This document shows positions 1-12,270 of a stretch of DNA of 60,000 nt, in pieces. Under the pieces are notes generated by a model that saw only the letters and a program-made list of their open reading frames with translations, was not told the DNA's origin and did not search any database. Origin of the DNA: Camelus ferus (taxonomy: Eukaryota). The stretch lies in contig NC_045696.1 of the NCBI RefSeq assembly GCF_009834535.1, positions 102,240,001 to 102,300,000 of the forward strand. Direction: 5' to 3'. Each line of letters starts with the position of its first letter. The first letter of the stretch is position 1. Made by a program: the position numbers and the translations under genes.

Positions 1-3000
1 CTTTAGTTCAGAGCCAAGAATTAAAAGACATCAGCAAAGCATGTAAGTTGAGAATCCTTCTATATTTAAATATATTTTTGGTAACATTTTATGGTTGTCC
101 TGCTCACTACCAATTTAGTAGCATTTTCTAAGCAACTAAATTTTACCAAGTCTTTTCTACACATTTAACTTATTTTTTTTGAAAAACATCAACTCTTTCT
201 TTCATAGTCATACTAAATCTACATAGTTAAATTAACAACTACAAATAGCAATTTAAAGCAAAGATAAATAGATTTTGGAACAAGTGGAAATGGCTCTTGT
301 TAAGCCTAAAGTTTTTGTGGTGGGAGCAGAACTGACTTGGGCACACTGGAGAGTAACCTAGTGCCATCTGCATGAGGTGTGCAGGAAGCATTGGTCACTG
401 TGCTTTCCAGGAGGAATGGAGGGATAAGCAAGAGACTGGAGACTGATTAAGAGCTTCTAATGCACATCTATAGCAGAGTCTTCCCCTCTCTATATTTGAT
501 TTGCTTTACATATAAACTCATTTTGAACATCATCAAAAATACACATGTAGCCCAAGAGAACATTCTGAGGGATCTTTGTAGAATGCCTAAAGAGTTCGGA
601 ACAATAATAAAATTAGCTCCAAACCACCAAAGTAAGTCAAAGCTAAAATTCTCATTCAGAATTGATTTACGCATGCATGATTTTTATGTGAAAATATAAC
701 TGCTTTCCTTGGAAACAAAGAGAAATGCATTCTCATACTGTAATAATTCATAATTTTTGACATTTTGCCTGTATTGTCCAGGGTGTACAGTAGCAAAGAG
801 GCTTTAAGGAGGGGGTTTTATAAATCTTGCTGAAAAAGAAAGCTCAACAAAGTTAATTGGTGTAAAATAAGAGTTTTCTGGAGGTCAATACAAGCACTGA
901 GAATCTACACTCACTGCATTTTAACTGCCCATTACAAAGAAACAAGCCAAACAAACTTAATTTTCATCAGCTATTGATTTATCGATATTTGCGCCTTCAT
1001 AAAAATCATTTGGTAGCTGTTTTCTAATTAAATGGCATTAGTCAAATGTCATGTATTTGTTGTCTTCATTTTCATTGATTTCTCTGATCTATAAAGACTT
1101 TTTCACTCTCCAGTTTCTTATCATGCTTAGCACAATCAATGTTCTACTCTAAGCTTTAAGCCTTCTATTGAATGCCTTTCCATAATCCAATTCACCATAA
1201 TTCAGAAATTGAATTAAAAATCTTCTGTAAAAGGAAATGATTTTTAACTCTTAGTTTTGTTTTTTCTTTCCTTTGTCAGTGAAGTCAATTAACTCTATAA
1301 CTATCTGAAAAACATAAAATTAAGAGTTTGAACCTTACCGTTTACATATAGTATAAAGTTGAATGTTATGTATATGCATTAGACTTAAAGTCATATTGAA
1401 ATACACAAGAAAAAAATCTATACCTCTTTACATTCTAAATTGTGCAATATCTACCTCCATGTATTGTAAAAAGATGACCTCAAAGCAAAAGGAAAAATTG
1501 AACAAAGAGTTTGGTCAGGTTAAATAGCAAATCAGTTGAATCAGTCTTCAAATTATTTTCCCTCAAAAATAGAAGATGGAATAATGTTTGTAAAATAGTT
1601 TTTTCTGAGAAGTTCTGATTACTGTTGTACCACTACAGCAGAGTATTCAAAATTAGCTGCTTTAGAAAGTTTATCAAAGGAGTTCAAATATGATAGATGC
1701 ACTAACATAAATGACAGGGTTTATTAGGAATAACGTAATATGAAGCAAAGAAGCCCTTGAAATTTTCAAGCTAGTGATACAAACACATGCTTCAACTTCT
1801 CACTCTGAAATCCTGAGGCAAAGTTTTTTTCAATGAATACTGGTTTGACTCTAGTGTTTCACATTTGTCCGAATATTCTACTGCATTACACTGTGAAATA
1901 GCTGATCATGAAACAACACAGAATCATGTCCTCCATCCTAGGTGTTTCACTTTGCAGCACTTTTATCAAGGCAATGGGAGGGCATGGAGAAGTCAAACAC
2001 AGCTCATAGTGCTTGAGGCTCCATATTCTATATGTTGCCAGTGGTACCTCTTCAGGTACAAGGAGCACATTGTTCTCATAGTGCAGATGGAGTAGAATGT
2101 CCTCCGCCATGGTGTGGGTGGTTGTCGCTCAGATCAGTGGCAAGGGCTGAGGTTTTGACATTCGACTCAGAGACATTAAAAAAAAAAAAAATCATTAGAA
2201 ATCTTCCCTTTCTGTGTACATTCTTCACACTCCTACTCAAGAAAGAATTCAGCATAGGTTAATTATAAAGATAAAAAGACACACAAGATGGATAAGAAAG
2301 GAGATTAAGACTAGCTAAATGAAAAAAGCTAAATAAATGGTATATAAACCTTTAAATTTTTTGATACTGTGTGAATTTTTTAAACCAATGCCCAACAATA
2401 TCAGTATTTCTCTTGGTTTATTCATTAAGAGATTTTTTTAAAGCATGGTTTTAATTTCTACAAAGAAAATATATTGTTTCAACTAGTAAATTTTCTTTAG
2501 CTAGTATTTATTGGCAATACTACCGAGAAATTAATGTGTTATGCCACATGTCTTTTTTCCCCCTAAGGGCCAGTACTTTTAGATTTACTAAGATCCTTCT
2601 GGAGAACACTTATTTGAAAAAAATTAGAGTTACTGCAGTCCCCCAACCCTTGAAGGTATTCTAGACTTGAGGCCCCACAAGCCAATCACGAACTCCTAGT
2701 AAAATGTTTACTTTCAAGACAAACAAGACTATGGGATGAAAAGTGGCAGTTGCTGCCTGAACTGCAGATTTGCCAACTACTGCAGCTCTTCTGATAGGAA
2801 TCCCCTTTCTGCTTTAAAGGAAAGCAGTATGGAATAAAATGATACTCTGTGTGACTTTCTCTTTTTAATAAACTAAAGAAGTAGAAGTCGGAGAAGTGGA
2901 CTCAATCTCTCGACATAAGGAGAGATTTTCTAAGTCACAGATGTACCAAAATGCCATTTGCTTCCTGGGAAAGAAGTGAGATTTCTGCCTTTGACTGTGT

Positions 3001-3117
3001 TCAATTACAAGCTAAAAAGCCCCTTAACAAGAGTGCTGGAGCAGTCAAGCATTGGCTAGATGTCTGAACTACATACATCACAAGATGACTCTGCCTTTGA
3101 AATTTTGTGCTACTGTA

Positions 3118-3156
3118 TTGTGTGTGTGTGTGTGTGTGTGGTGTGTGTGCGTGTGT
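3118..3156. repeat. (TG)n microsatellite, interrupted
   Basis: tgtgtg... run read directly. Confidence 0.95.
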
Positions 3157-3917
3157 TTAAATTCACCAAAATAGGTCTGAGGCCAATCTTATTTGGGGAA
3201 CCAATATTTCTGATCAATATCATGATAATAAGCACTCTGACATTGCAGACTTGAGAAGCTATTCTTAATAGTATATAGACTTAAATACAGCCTTATAAAA
3301 CTCTGCACTTTCACCTTAATAGTCCCCCTGAAAAGGAAGAATCAAAAGTGGAAAATCTCCAGAAATAAGAGCATTATCATCAGTGTTTACTAGCTAAAGT
3401 AATTTAGCAAATTCATAGAAAATAGCCTTCCCCTTAAGTTATAACCTCAAGGATTTCAAGAAAATCTGGCTACAGTATTTATTCAGTTTAATGGAACTCA
3501 ACTCCTTGTAGCTATAACTACAATTATTTCCTATATTACCTTTACTTACTTAATGATGACTATTCATCTTCCTAAAATGTGTTTTGTTGTGTTTTTATAG
3601 GCTGTGCTTTTGAAATTCTCATGTTTTTAAAAAGTCAAATTAAGTTTAAAGAAGACAATGAAAAATGCAGGGAGTGGGAGAAGGTTGGGTAGTAGCCAGG
3701 AGTTCATATGGAACCCAAGAATTCTCAGACAAACAAATATATGACAAAGAAGCAGTTCTCTGAGCACTTAAGTGGTACACCTCCTTTACATCAGGGCCAA
3801 TGGAGTCCTAACCTTAAAGAATCTGATCTTGAATTTGGAACCCATGTCCTGCAAATGGAGCAGAGACAGAACATCCACACTGAATGAAATTTGTCTCATT
3901 TTAGACCATAGACAGAT

Positions 3918-3927
3918 GATAGATAGG

Positions 3928-3976
<49 letters not shown>

Positions 3977-3986
3977 GGATAGATAG
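3918..3986. repeat. (GATA)n tetranucleotide microsatellite
   Basis: Long agat run with a few variant units. Confidence 0.97.
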
Positions 3987-4484
3987 GGATAGAGATATAA
4001 TATATGCATAGTAGTATAGATAAAACCACATATAATCATTATCATGGTACCATAGGGGACAGTATAAAGTCCAGAATCTCTCTAAGGGAGAAATGGGTTG
4101 GAAAGGGGTGATTGGGAAGGAGATTTGTCTTGTAGTTACAAAAGCATTATAAGAACTTTGCTTTTACTCTTTTTCTTTTTTTCTGAGAGGAAGGAGAAGG
4201 TTAGAGATTGACTTGGGTGAGTGGATAATAACAGAGAATAAGTGTCCACCCCCCCACCCCCTCACCCCCTGCTTCCACTAGTTGGGTACAAAGAAATCTA
4301 CCTTTCAGTTTCTTTACTTGAAGAAAATGTGGTTAGAAACACAGATATCTTTCCTGCCTATCAAGAGTTGCTCTGATGATTCAAACATATGTATGAAAAT
4401 ATGCTTTGCAGACTCTAATGTATTACAAACATTCATCAATATTATTATTAACAAACATCTTGCTGTCCCTGAACTGTATATAAT

Positions 4485-4760
4485 GGAGAGGCAGCCTAGT
4501 CTGGCAGAAGTGGTGTGGGCTTTGGAAAAAACTCAGGACAACTGTTTTTTTTTTCCTTTATTGTGGTTTATTTACATGGGCAAATGCATTAATACCATTG
4601 AGTGCAGTTTCCCCAACTATAAAATAGAAATAATATTATCAATTTATGAGCTTTGTAGTCATTATAACATGAATAGTTAAAAATTTTAAAAGTAAGCAAA
4701 AACCTTTAACAGATTCCCTAGAACAATTTAAGTCCTAAAAAATGAATCCCACTAGCATGG
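4485..4760 (+). mobile_element. MIR SINE, diverged
   Basis: ggctttgga ... gggcaaatgcattaa ... gagtgcagtttccccaactataaaatagaaataata resembles the MIR core. Confidence 0.7.
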
Positions 4761-6469
4761 TTACTATTTCAGAAGTAGAAATATTGATATTATTAAAATG
4801 TCCTAAATCTCGAAAAAGATTTCAAAGGACTGCACTTGTATTTATATGTAACTACAAATCTTCAGCTTTGTAAGGAGAGGCTATACTCTGGGAACATGAC
4901 CCTGACTGACAGCAAAGCCTTCAGGTCATGTATGTCCTAGTGGGAAAGATCATGTGTCTTCAGTACAGTGTATCTCCTATGCTAACCTCTAGAGCCCACA
5001 GGAATTACTGGGTTCCTGGTGACTCAGGACTAAGAAAATATTAGAATCCCAGGAGTAAAGGTTTAAAATTTCAATAAATATATTGTAATATTTGTTTACA
5101 AATTCCCTAATATGGGAATAAAAATTGTTTACTTATACTCCAGTTTGTTTAGAATAGTTATAGACACAATCAATAGTGTATGAAAAGTGAAATCTGAGAT
5201 GTCCTCTAAAGAAAGTTGCCAGTTAGGAATAAAGGCAAATTTTATAAACAAAAAAAAAATTAATCTGGAGACAAAATTATGGAGAAAATAGAAGAATATT
5301 TATAGTTCTACCTTTTCTTTCACTTTTATTACAGCTTTGCAGTTTCTTTAACATCCCAGTTAAAATGAATCTCAGTGCATTACTTGGACAAGTAGATGAA
5401 AGTCAGTAGGTTGGGTCAAACTTTACTAAGCCAAATTAAAGCCATGTTGAGGAATATATGTGAATTTAATTAGCAGTATTAGTTAAGCAGGGTAGAGTGA
5501 ACTGCTGTAGTGTTTCTGTCCATGAATCATAGTAATGCAGGAAAGTTCTTTTACTAATAGGAGAAAAAGTCAATCAGAATTAATAATAAACATGTTTTAT
5601 GAAATAGATATGACTTTTTATTTTTACTTTCTAGTGTCTAGTAAGGAACACCGACTTAAAAGCATAGTATTGAATAAGTCTTTAGAGAACATGATTTGCT
5701 GACCAGATTAAGTTGTTCAATTAACATATGAGTGGTTACCAAGAACTTTCAGAGTTTTTAAACACAGATTGTCCTCTTATGCAGTTTAAATATTTCCCTG
5801 GTCTTGTTTGCACTATTAACTTGCTTATTATTTTTTTCTCTCTGAAGAAAAGCTTTGCTAAGCAAAGATTAGTTTTAACCTGGGTCCCCTCCAAAGGCTC
5901 ACAAACTGTGAATTCATGGAAGTAAAACAAATATTGTTTACTGTACTGGATAAATAAAATGTTGATTGAAGTTATTTTTCATTGACCCTGAGTGGAAAAA
6001 ACGTAGATTTGAGATTATTCACATTGAAAACTGAATCGACTAGTTTGTCTGTTGTTGTTGTTATTATTATTATTGGTTTTGGGGTGGAGGTGGTTCTTTT
6101 TTTCTTTTTTTTTTTTTTTTTTCTCAGAATTGACCAATAAATCTGCTCCCTTAGTAACTGACTACTCTGAGTCAGACTCAGGCAATAAAGGTTTCATGTT
6201 CAAACTGGTGGTTTCTGTCAGCTGAGCCTTCCTGTAGATTCTCCTCTGAAACATGTCTTCAGGAGATTTTTGCATGTGAAACCCAAAGTTGAATTTGCCC
6301 ACACATTTTCAGTAAATGCCCCCAAGAAGGAAGTTATTATGAAGCTATTCATTCAGAGGAGTGTTGTTACATGTTATAAATAGAAGAGGAGTGCTAATCA
6401 GCGCTGCTGCCTTGCTATGAAGGGAACCTTTTTTAAAATGCTAACAACCGTCTACAATTTAAAATGTGA

Positions 6470-6900
6470 GTCTATCAGATTGACAAAGGTTTTGTAAAAT
6501 TGATAAAAATTAATTTTGGCAAGTGTGTGAGGAAAAGGGCACCCTCTGCACCATTATTAGAGATGTAAATTGGTATATCTTTCTGAAGGGCAGACTAGTA
6601 GTATGTTGAAAAAGAAAAACGAATGTATATCCTTTGACAAAAGTACCCTGTATCTAGGAATTTCACCTAAGGAGTCATCACTCAACTGAGGAGAGATATT
6701 TGTATAAGATGCTCAACGCAGCATTGTTTATAACAGGAAAATCTGAAACAACCAAATATCCAATAATGGGTAATAATAGGTACAGTGAAATAAAATTTGG
6801 TACAAAGACACAAAGGGATATTATGCTGCCATTAAAAATGGTTTAGCAGATTCAAATTTATTGCCATGAAAAGAAGCTTATGAAATATTAGTTAAAGTAA
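6470..6900 (+). mobile_element. Old L1M (L1ME-like) ORF2 3' fragment
   Basis: gtaaattggtatatctttctg, cctttgac...tctaggaattt, gcagcattgtttataa, aacaaccaaatatcca, tattatgctgccattaaaa follow L1 ORF2-end motif order. Confidence 0.8.
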
Positions 6901-7646
6901 ATTATATAAAAATATGGTCAGATTTATGTAGCACTATGCATGTTGTCTATATAATCTTCGGATCTGTGAATGAAGAGATCACTGAAAAAGATGCTCCACA
7001 GAAAGATAAGTGTGTTTTTTGTTTGTTTGTATTTTTCTTCATTTAAAAATAATTTTTAAAGAAAATAAGAAAAATATTAAAACTAGATATACATGCTTGA
7101 TAATTTCCTGAAACTAAACAAATGAAGAGTTGCTAATGCTAAAAGGAAGAAAACATTTGGAAAACATTTTATTCTACTTTAAAATTTTTGTTCTAATTTA
7201 ATCTAATTTTTTAAACTATAAAAGTAACATGTTCATGGTTAAAAAAATTGATACAGATGTCAAATATCCATAAAGTGAAATAAAAATTATGTGTAAATGT
7301 ATATGTTAATACACTTAATGGATTCAGACATACACAAACATATCCTTTGTTTCTTTAACTTATATTTTTTCTTTTTTGCATCTCACAATCAGAAGTTCTA
7401 ACTCCAGCTAATAATTACTGAATTCATTATACACATTTCTGAACCAAACACACTGGGCTGAGATTGGGAAAAGAGGTGGAACCCAGAGGCAAACTGGGGA
7501 TATGACCACTAAGAACAGGCTGAATGGATCCCAGTCAGCAAAATGTCCCCTCTAGAGTAAAACACACTTGAGATGGAGGCTGGAGAAGGAGAGGCCTTGG
7601 GAATTTAACCCTAACATGTGATTATTAATCTCAAAACCTGGGTAGC

Positions 7647-8024
7647 TGCTCTGGACTGAATGTCTCTCCCCCAACCCCAACAAATTCGTTTGTGGAAGTC
7701 CTGATCCCAGCGTGATGGAACATGAGGCAGGGCCTCTGGGGAGTGATCAGGTCATGAGGGTGGAGCCCTCAGTGAATGGGATTAGTGCTTTCAGAAGAGA
7801 CACAGAAGAGAAAATCTCTCTTGCTCTCTGCCATGTGAGGATACAGCAAGTAGGCTGCTGTTTGCCAACCAGAAGGAGGCCCCCCACCGGAACCAAATCA
7901 GCCAGCACCTGGAATTTGGACTTTCCAGCCCCCAGAACCATGAGAAATAAATTCCTGTTAGTTAAACCACCCTGCCCATAGTATTTTGTTATGGCAGCCC
8001 AACGTGTTTTGGCAGATTAAGACA
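7647..8024 (+). mobile_element. MaLR solo LTR, MLT1A/MLT1A0-like
   Basis: TG...CA ends (tgctctggactgaatg ... taagaca). Internal ggtcatgagggtggagccctc and agaaccatgagaaataaattcctg. Flanks gtagc/gtggc give a 4/5 TSD. Confidence 0.9.
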
Positions 8025-9385
8025 GTGGCCAAATCTCAAATTTTGAAAAAGTAAGGATACAATGAGGTAGGAAATATTCTCCCATCCCCAAATCCCCCCC
8101 CCCCATGTCTTCAAGTTGCTTGTAGTTATGTGGGTGACAGCGTTTGTTTAGATGAGCTGGCCTCGAATGCAAAGTGAGTGCTCAGGATAACTGATGATCA
8201 CTGCTGCTGCAGAAAGACCATCCTGTAGCAAAGGAGCTGTGTCTTTTTAATCCTTTCTTTCTATTCCTGGTTTTAAATAATGTGTCTGACAAGATCCTGC
8301 TTTTCCCTCTGTCAACTGTCAGTGAACAAGTATTGGGCGTTATTTGTGGGGCTGTAAATACATTACATGAAAAAATAATGAGTCCTTAAAAAGTCAAGAG
8401 AAATGCCTCCAGAGACGTTTACTTAACAGGGTGATTTATGTTGGTCTCGGAATGAAGTTTCAGAAACTTCCACATGAAAAGTCTGGAACATAATCGAAAG
8501 CCTCTTCCAAACCTGCCTTCGCTATAGCCCCTGGATACATTTCCCTTTCACTTCTAATCTGGAAGTTGGAGAACGTTTTGCATGTTTAACTTAAATTGTT
8601 TAGTTAATGGTCTAAGAGTAAGTCTTGGGAGATCCCTCAGCATAACGTGTTATTACTCTATTCCTCTGACTGAATTTGATGTATCTATTGTGTTCTTGCT
8701 GAATAAACTGATCCCTGGGATTAATCATTTTCTTTTTACCAGCTAGAAATTGTAGACATTTAATGGATGTACCTACATCAGTCAATTTAATGAGTCTCAT
8801 TGTCTGAAGTTTGAAATATACTGATCATTCTAATGTTGAAATATAATCAACATTCATCCTTATTACACATTTCTAAGTTTTCCAAGTTTGTCCCTCCTGC
8901 CTGCCAAAGGAAAGTAGTTTAGCTAAGTTGTTTTTTTTTTTTAATTAATTCTTGAGGGTCTTGGAACTCAAGTGTACCTACTGGTTTACAAGGGGCTAAA
9001 CAATTTTTGCATCATTCATGACAGTACATGTTGAGCAAATCATGTAGTCTCTGTTTCTGTAATAGGAAATATTCTATTATCCTAGTAGGAATTGTCCCAC
9101 GGAAGGTCATGCTGGTTAATCTCACCCAGAGGTATCTCTGGCAGCCTTGTGGTTGGAAAGGAGGGTGGGATATTGACATGGCTGTGGTATCTGTCACTGA
9201 GTGGAGAGCCAGGGTAGAGTCAGCTGGCCTGGCAGAATAGGCAGGGACCACTCCACCCCTCCAGAGATTGAGCACGAGGCCAAAGGATGGCTTTCCCTTC
9301 CAAGCACCAAATACAATAACAAGAAATTAAGTGGATTCAAAGCTGAGTCATAATTAATGGGTTTTGGTTTCTGTTTTATTTTCAG

Positions 9386-9499
9386 TTGTTTGAATTTATG
9401 AACTTCTTGGCTGAGAACGTCATCTTCTGTTACATGGGCCTGGCCATGTTCACATTCCAGAATCATATCTTTAATGCTCTTTTCATACTTGGAGCCTTT
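9386..9499 (+). CDS. SLC9A9: SLC9A9/NHE9 coding exon (approx. exon 10), 114 nt, phase 0-0
   Basis: Polypyrimidine tract and ttcag acceptor end at 9385. Translates [38 protein letters not shown], recognised as NHE9 transmembrane domain. Followed by GTATCCTTTG donor. Confidence 0.97.
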
Positions 9500-11060
9500 G
9501 TATCCTTTGAAATACAGAGCATGGGGTGATGAGAGAAGAGAACAAACTACTTACCGTTAGTGATTATTCAGTTAAATTATTAAAGTAATTTCAAATTCAA
9601 GGCAGGTAAGTAAATCTAATTAGAGGAGAAAAGTATCCTAAGAAATTAAGACTCTTAATTAAATGCTTATGATTCAGGATAAGAAGTTTGGAAAATACTG
9701 AGGGAAATAAAGGGGGAAAAATAAAGGAGAATGACATTTTTCAAATATTCAAAATATGTTTAACTAAAATTATGAATCATTTACATAAAAAATTATGTCA
9801 ATCCATTTTTATAGAGAAATATATTTAATCTGCATTAGAGTGTATCTGAAGAGAGCCAGAATTTAGAACTTTAGAAATATTTTTTATTCCAAGATGGTAA
9901 AATCTTTTTTCCAATGAGGACTTTGAAAATAGGACAGACAGAGTAAAGACCAAGTGAAATTAACATGATGGATGTGCTTTCAATATCTTAAGCATTGTGC
10001 ACATGTAAGTTTATTTTAATAAGACAGACCCTTCCCTATAAGTAGTAGGACAGGTAGAATCTAGACCTCACTTTTAATGAATGCATAGGGCTTTTCTAGC
10101 TTTAAGCCAGGGGTGTAAGCATTCCAGTGGATGTCTATCTGAAAAAACAGAGCTACTCCAGATGTCCCCAGGGACAGCAAAAGCTTCTGTCCTTCTTGCC
10201 ACTTGGAAAATGGGCAGATGCCGCCTCGACCACAGGCAGGTGATCCTAACAGCCAGAAGAGTTGAATCCTCCTCTCTGGAAGCCCCGGTCCAACTGTATT
10301 TGCCTCCCGTTTTCTTTTCACTCATCAGTCAAGTGAATTTTCAAATTCCGTCCAAAACCTGTATCTGAGAAAGAAGCTCCCTCTTCCCAAATAACCCCAT
10401 CCCATCCGAGGACACACTAGAACAGACGATCAGGGGTGGAGTCCACGATGACAAAGGGAAGAGATGACTACCACCAACATTTTCCTAGATTTTAACTGTA
10501 AAGCTTGGATTCCAATGAAACATCTCTTAACGTAGCAGTTGTGTTATACATTTAGACAGGCAGTTCCTCTCAAAATTAAATCCACTTAAAGAAAAAAATA
10601 AGTGAAGCTTGCTAGATTTAGGGAGTATAAACTGATGGAAAGTAAGATGATAATCATGAGCCGAAGCACATTTATCCTTCCTAACGTGCTGCTTGAGAGG
10701 ATAATGCCACAGCCTCGGAACAATCTCTGCCTCACATCTTGCAGCAGAATTGAGCCTAGAGTCAGTTATCTGCAACATAAATGTGATGAGAAAATTTACA
10801 GTGATGGAAATGGTATTGGGTTAACAATTTTAAACGAAGTATATGTTCAAAGAAGACAGAGTTCTCCATTATTTCTGGAAAGGAGCTGACATTGAAAGAC
10901 GAATTCTGGAACCAAGTTGGACATACGTGTATTGACATGTTTATCCTTGTTTTCTGGGTCATAATATAGAGAAGCTTAAGGGTATAATATTTAAAGCTCA
11001 AGGACTTTCACCTTTATTGCAACAACATTTTCCTCAATGCTGCCCTGTGCTCATCTACAG
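9500..11060 (+). other. SLC9A9: U12-type (minor spliceosome) GT-AG intron, 1561 bp
   Basis: 5' end GTATCCTTT matches the U12 donor consensus RTATCCTT. Branch-like TTTTCCTCAAT at 11028-11038 (consensus TTCCTTRAY) lies ~23 nt before CAG (11058-11060). No strong polypyrimidine tract. Reading frame continues across it. Confidence 0.93.
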
Positions 11061-11172
11061 CTAGCAATTTTTGTAGCCAGAGCCTGCAACATATATCCCC
11101 TCTCCTTCCTCCTGAATCTGGGCCGGAAACGGAAGATCCCCTGGAACTTTCAGCACATGATGATGTTCTCAG
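11061..11172 (+). CDS. SLC9A9: SLC9A9/NHE9 coding exon (approx. exon 11), 112 nt, phase 0-1
   Basis: ctacag acceptor. Translates [37 protein letters not shown](G). Donor CAG/GTACGT at 11173. Confidence 0.97.
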
Positions 11173-12104
11173 GTACGTGAGCTATATTACAAGTTAGTGC
11201 TGCTGTTCTCTCACACTGCTCTTCATGTGCTAATGTTCTACGTTACATGTTAGTGCTGCTGCTCTTTCCCAGCTCTTGGGAAACCACAATGATACTTGGA
11301 GACCTTCTGGGGAAGCATAACTTCTCTTCATCCTATTGTACATACTATCATGCTGCTATCTGTAAGTTCTGAGCAACAGCGGGATGTTCCTTTGCAGAAA
11401 GGAAACAAAATGAAAGGGGATTTTGTTGGGATGGCCTCAATGTTCAGTAGCTGCCAGAAGCTGGCCTAGAATAGGCATTGGACTTTCCCCTGACCTATTT
11501 AAGATCAATTTTCACTTGGGGAAATTTATATCATCATTTCACAAATTCCATACTTGAAGGTAGATTGTGTGTATGTGGTGTCAGTGGTGTCATTTTTGTC
11601 CAATGTTAAGGCTCCTTCTCCTTAGAACCCTTGCTCCTCCCCTATTGCAAAGCTCCAGGGACTTCCCATGGTTAATACAAAAGTGAGTCATATTCAGGTA
11701 TGCTCAGTTGTCAGCTGAGAAAACAAATATTAGTTGTACACTCACCTGATGCCAAGAGCAGTTCTGGGCACAGGTGGATGAAACCGACAAGGTCTCTGCT
11801 CTCAAACCATACCAGAAGGTTCCTTTTCCCCATAGAAAATAAACAAAATGAATTTGCTGACCGGAACTACTCTGGGGATTGTGTTTCTTTCTGTTCAATT
11901 AATTTTCCTACCAACAGTCTCTCCCTGTTTGGAGACATTTCCCCTTACATGCTTTCTGTGTGTATGTACCCTTACATTACACTCACGTTACACCCAGAGG
12001 CAGCTCATTGGAAGATACATGAGAGTAAAACAAAAAACTGCTTCAGAATAGAGCAAACAAAATTTGGAGTATACAGGGAGATATGGAAAAAGTAAGAGAA
12101 ACTA

Positions 12105-12270
12105 TCATTTATTAAATATCTACTATTCACTACTCACTATATATATCTATCCTGTGAAGCAGATATTAACCCAACTTGGATGGAAAGCTGAGGTTGAGGA
12201 TCTCAAAGAGGTTAAGTGACTTGGCCAAGGATGAAACCATTCCTAAACCCAGGTTTGTGAGACTTCACCT
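12105..12270 (-). mobile_element. MIR SINE fragment
   Basis: gaggttaagtgacttggccaagg ... aaacccaggt is the reverse MIR core. Confidence 0.75.

Noticed and set aside
1860..2191. Processed pseudogene ending in A14
   Set aside because: No convincing TSD, no correctly spaced poly(A) signal and no recognisable parent gene.
10675..10700. Alternative U12 branch and acceptor (ttcctaac...gag)
   Set aside because: The match to TCCTTRAY is imperfect, the acceptor is GAG, and nothing else supports it.
10783..10889. Possible box C/D snoRNA (GTGATGA...CTGA) in the U12 intron
   Set aside because: There is no proper terminal stem in K-turn register, no convincing D'/C' pair and no recognisable guide. It is ~170 nt from the 3' splice site, further than typical.
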